Part shown: positions 61,022 through 64,000 of the stretch, piece after piece
How positions within the stretch are numbered: the first letter of the stretch is position 1
Layout of the letters: each line of letters opens with the position of its first letter
Assembly: GCA_963844395.1 (NCBI GenBank)
Contig: CAWJNX010000001.1
Location: 857,252-921,251, forward strand
Origin: an uncultured Solirubrobacterales bacterium
GTDB taxonomy: Bacteria; Actinomycetota; Thermoleophilia; Solirubrobacterales; 70-9
DNA: 64,000 bases
Direction of reading: 5' to 3'
Notes under the pieces: generated by a model
Database searches by the model: none
What the model saw: the letters and a program-made list of their open reading frames with translations, nothing else
What the model was told of the DNA's origin: nothing
Made by a program: the position numbers and the translations under genes

Positions 61022-61881
61022 TCAATTCTTCGGCTTGCGCTCCTCGGCGAGCGGGTCGCCGCCCGCGCCGGCGATCGCTTCGGGTGGCCACGGCCCCGCC
61101 CAGTTATCGCGGGCGCCGTCGATCGTGATCGTCGTGCCGGAGAAGAAGTCGCCGGCGGGCGAGGCGAGGTAGGCAACCAGCCACGCCATCTCCTCGGCGC
61201 GGCCGGCGCGGCCGACCGGGATCGAGCGCTCCAGGTTGTCGACGACCACCTGCGGATACTTGGTCAGCAGCGTCTCGGTCGCGAACTGGCCGGCGGCCAG
61301 GGCGCAGGTCTTGATCCCGAACCGCGCCCACTCCACCGCCAGCGTCCGCATCATGTTCTCGACCGCGGCGCGGGCCGCGCCCGAGTGGACCATCCCCGGC
61401 ATGCCGTTGTGAGGCGAGAGCGTCACGCTCAGCACCTTGCCGCCGCCCTGGGGAATGAAGGCCTTGGTCGCCGCCGCGTGGGTCATCAGCCAGGTCCCCT
61501 GCACGTTCAGCTCGACCACGGTGCGGAAGCCTTTCGGCGTGATCGCCTCGGCCGGGACTGAGGAACTGCCCGCCGGCGTTGTTGACGAGGGTGTCGAGGC
61601 GGCCGTGGCGCTCCAGCAGCCCGTCGATCAGCCGCTCTACCGCCTCCTCGTCGCGGATGTCTAGCCGTCTCGTGCTCGAAGGACCCGGGCAGTTCCGCGG
61701 CAAGATCGGCGGTCTCGGCCAGCGGCTCCTCGCGGCGGCCGCAGCCGACCACGGCGGCGCCGAGCCTGACCAGCTCCAGCGCCGTCTCCCTGCCGAGGCC
61801 GCTGCCGGCGCCGGAGACCAGGCAGACCTGCCCGTCGAGCAGGCCGTCCCTGAAGATGCGCGAATCGCGAGCTCTCAGCCA
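61022..61881 (-). pseudogene. PECR-like SDR (trans-2-enoyl-CoA reductase type) with at least two 1-nt insertions
   Basis: The pieces are in three frames. They are ...LLDGQVCLVSGAGSGLGRETALEL...FEHET, then LDIRDEEAVERLIDGLLERHGRLDTLVNNAGGQFLSP, then AEAITPKGFRTVVELNVQGTW...SGAARAAVENM.... The junctions are at about 61664-61665 and 61551-61552. The start (ATG 61881) needs a further shift. Confidence 0.8.
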
Positions 61882-61929
61882 TCGGCCGCAGCCTATAGCT
61901 GACCTCGACCCGGGTAATGTGACCGCGGG

Positions 61930-62841
61930 ATGAAGGTTCACGTGGAGGCAAATCCGCTGCACGAGCCGCTTGCCGGCGGCACGCCGGGGGCCACGGTCAG
62001 CGTCGAACCGATCGTCGCCGGCCAGGCCAACTGGTCGCGCTCGATGATGGAAAGCCCAGGCGGTCGTTTCCTGACCCTGAAGCTGCTGCGCGCCCTGCTC
62101 AGCGGCCAGCCGCAGATGACGGTCCCATGCCCCGCCTTCCTGGTCCGTCACCCGAGCGCCGGTGCGATCCTCGTCGATACTGGGCTGCACCCGTCGATCG
62201 CCACCGACGGCGAAGAGAACTTCGGCCGGCTGGGCGCCCGCTTCGGTAAACCGATGCTCGGGGCCGGCGCCGACGTGCCGGCGCAGCTGCGGCAACGCGG
62301 CCTCGACCCGGGCGAGATCCCGATCGTCGTCATGACCCACCTCCACATGGACCACAGCTCGGCGATCTCCGAGTTCCCCAACTCGACCTTCGTCGTCAGC
62401 GAGGTCGAGTGGAAGGCCGCCACCGCTGGCTCAAGCCCACGCCTCAACGGCTACCGCCGCGCCCACTTCGACTACGCCTTCGACTACCGGACGATCGACT
62501 TCGACCGCGGCGGCATCGACTCCTACGCGACCTTCGGGCGCAGCTTCGATCTCTTCGGCGACGGCTCGCTGCGCCTCGCCTACACGCCCGGCCACAGCGC
62601 CGGGCACATGTCTGTGGTCGCCCACCTGAAGGAGCGGGACTTCGTGATCGGCGGCGACGCCGTCTACACCGCCGGCCAGCTAGAGGGCACCGCGCCGCTT
62701 GCGCCGCGCCCCTATGACGCCCACAACTACCGGCGCTCGCTGCAGGAGCTGAAGCTGTTCAAGCGCGAGTTCCCGGACGCGATCGTCACGCCCGGGCATG
62801 ATCCGAGCTTCTACGAGAAGCTCGACGCCCGTTACGAGTAA
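61930..62841 (+). CDS. MBL-fold metallo-hydrolase (N-acyl-homoserine-lactonase-like)
   Basis: It has ...VVMTHLHMDHSSA (HxHxDH) and ...TPGHSAGHMSV...GHD. Confidence 0.8.
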   Translation: MKVHVEANPLHEPLAGGTPGATVSVEPIVAGQANWSRSMMESPGGRFLTLKLLRALLSGQPQMTVPCPAFLVRHPSAGAILVDTGLHPSIATDGEENFGRLGARFGKPMLGAGADVPAQLRQRGLDPGEIPIVVMTHLHMDHSSAISEFPNSTFVVSEVEWKAATAGSSPRLNGYRRAHFDYAFDYRTIDFDRGGIDSYATFGRSFDLFGDGSLRLAYTPGHSAGHMSVVAHLKERDFVIGGDAVYTAGQLEGTAPLAPRPYDAHNYRRSLQELKLFKREFPDAIVTPGHDPSFYEKLDARYE

Positions 62842-63529
62842 CCAGCCCGCCATACATCTCGCGGACCTTGCCGAAGACCTCGGTCGCGACCTCGAGCTGA
62901 CGCTCCCGGCTCGGCGCCTGCTCGGTCGGGAAAGAGAGCGGCTCGCCGAACTGGACGGTCACCTTGGGGAAGCGGAACCGCTTCCAACGCCGTACGCCGG
63001 CGGAGCCGTGGATCGCGACCGGGACGACCGGCGCCCCCGATTCCAGCGCCAGCTGGCCTACCCCGCGTTTCGGCTCGCCCAGCTCGCCGCTGCGCGACCG
63101 GCCCCCCTCGGTGTAGATCAGGAGCATTTCGCCCCGGTCGAGGATCGTGAAGGCGGTCTTGAAAGCCTCATCGTCGTTGTGGCCGCGACGAATCGGGAAG
63201 ACGCCGCCGTGCTTGTAGATGTAGGTCAGGACCGGCGGGCCGAAGAGCTGCGACTTCGCCATAAAGCGGACCTGGCGGCGCAGGTAGACGCCGGTGAAGA
63301 AGTGGTCCATCTGGCTGAAGTGATTGGGGGCGAGGATCAGCGATCCCGTCTTCGGCACGTTCTCGACCCCGACAGCGCGGGTCCGGTAGAGCAGCAGGCA
63401 GATCGGCGTGACGATCGCCCGCACCAGCGGGTAGGTCCAGCCGACGCCCTTGCGGGCCCTGGCGTGGAACTGGTCGAAGTACTCCGCGGGGCGGTCGTCT
63501 TTGTAGACCTGTGGCTTGAGATCGGACAT
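62786..63529 (-). CDS. Lysophospholipid (1-acyl-sn-glycerol-3-phosphate) acyltransferase family protein
   Basis: It has ...LAPNHFSQMDHF (HX4D) and ...IYTEGGRSRSG. Its 3' end overlaps the convergent MBL gene by 56 nt. Confidence 0.85.
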   Translation of the reverse strand: MSDLKPQVYKDDRPAEYFDQFHARARKGVGWTYPLVRAIVTPICLLLYRTRAVGVENVPKTGSLILAPNHFSQMDHFFTGVYLRRQVRFMAKSQLFGPPVLTYIYKHGGVFPIRRGHNDDEAFKTAFTILDRGEMLLIYTEGGRSRSGELGEPKRGVGQLALESGAPVVPVAIHGSAGVRRWKRFRFPKVTVQFGEPLSFPTEQAPSRERQLEVATEVFGKVREMYGGLVTRNGRRASRRSSDHARA

Positions 63530-63582
63530 GGCGGAGAGCCGGAAGAGGCCGCTGTGCTGTGCGTACCCCTACCGGTTGGGCG

Positions 63583-64000
63583 CTACTGCGTCGCGAGGAC
63601 CGCCGGCCGGATAAGCGCCGGGTCAGACCGCCCAGCCACGCGAGCCCGGTCGAGCGCCCGGTGCCACTCGGCGAGCAGCGATTCGCGATCGTCCTCGCTC
63701 ATCCGCGGCTCGTAACGGGCGGCCTCGCGCCACATCTCGCGGACTCCCTCGGCACTCCAGCGTCCAGTCGCGATCCCGGCCAGGTAGGCGGCGCCGAGCG
63801 CCGTCGTCTCGGCGATCTCGGGCACGACCACCGGGGCGCCGAGGACATCCGCCTGGAACTGCATCAGCCAGCCGTTGACGACCGCGCCGCCGTCGGCCTT
63901 CAGCACCTCGAGTGGCTTGCCGGAGGCGGCCTCCTCGGCGCGCACCGCGTCAACCGTCTGGTAGGCGATCGCCTCCAGCGCCGCGCGCGCCAGATGAGCG
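63583..64000 (-). CDS. glpK: Glycerol kinase, C-terminal part (5' end beyond the window)
   Basis: The reverse translation from the window end is HLARAALEAIAYQTVDAV...LKADGGAVVNGWLMQFQADVLGAPVVVPEIAETTALGAAYLAG. Confidence 0.85.
   Translation of the reverse strand, partial: AHLARAALEAIAYQTVDAVRAEEAASGKPLEVLKADGGAVVNGWLMQFQADVLGAPVVVPEIAETTALGAAYLAGIATGRWSAEGVREMWREAARYEPRMSEDDRESLLAEWHRALDRARVAGRSDPALIRPAVLATQ

Overview
This is a high-GC, actinobacterial-type chromosomal window that is densely coding. All family assignments come from motif recognition by eye; nothing was searched. About 47 kb is housekeeping or metabolic. This part includes the conserved glmU-prs-ctc-pth block, ispE-rsmA-tatD, metH, hemQ/chdC, fprA-bolA-grxD-erpA, a MerR-linked acyl-CoA/BKACE catabolic cluster, several SDRs and one tRNA-Gln(UUG). 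I found no rRNA and no CRISPR array.

The stand-out region is about 47.5-56.6 kb. A 5.5-kb integrative element lies between perfect 46-bp direct repeats that duplicate the 3' end of an acyl-CoA dehydrogenase gene. It carries a tyrosine integrase, an excisionase-like HTH and a divergent Xre switch. Its cargo is visibly more A/T-rich and has two parts: an uncharacterised xre-P1-P2 operon whose last protein is wHTH + HEPN-like (RNDCGH), and a membrane-anchored GAF protein. Directly beyond attR sits a second, decayed related module with an Xre paralog fused to att, a dGTPase-DUF2188 pair and a GNAT-like gene with a convergent small ORF. The whole stretch looks like an accreted defence-type island, and the HEPN operon is my best candidate for an undescribed system.

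Other notable items:
- an inverted pair of MITE-like repeats at 40.7-41.1 kb
- a repeat/hairpin-rich glmU leader
- an orphan MbcA/ParS-type antitoxin with no RES toxin
- a TetR-type palindrome present at two loci

Caveat: at least six conserved genes, including essential prs, carry single-nucleotide insertions, and one carries an in-frame TAA. Sequence error must be excluded before any of them is called a pseudogene.
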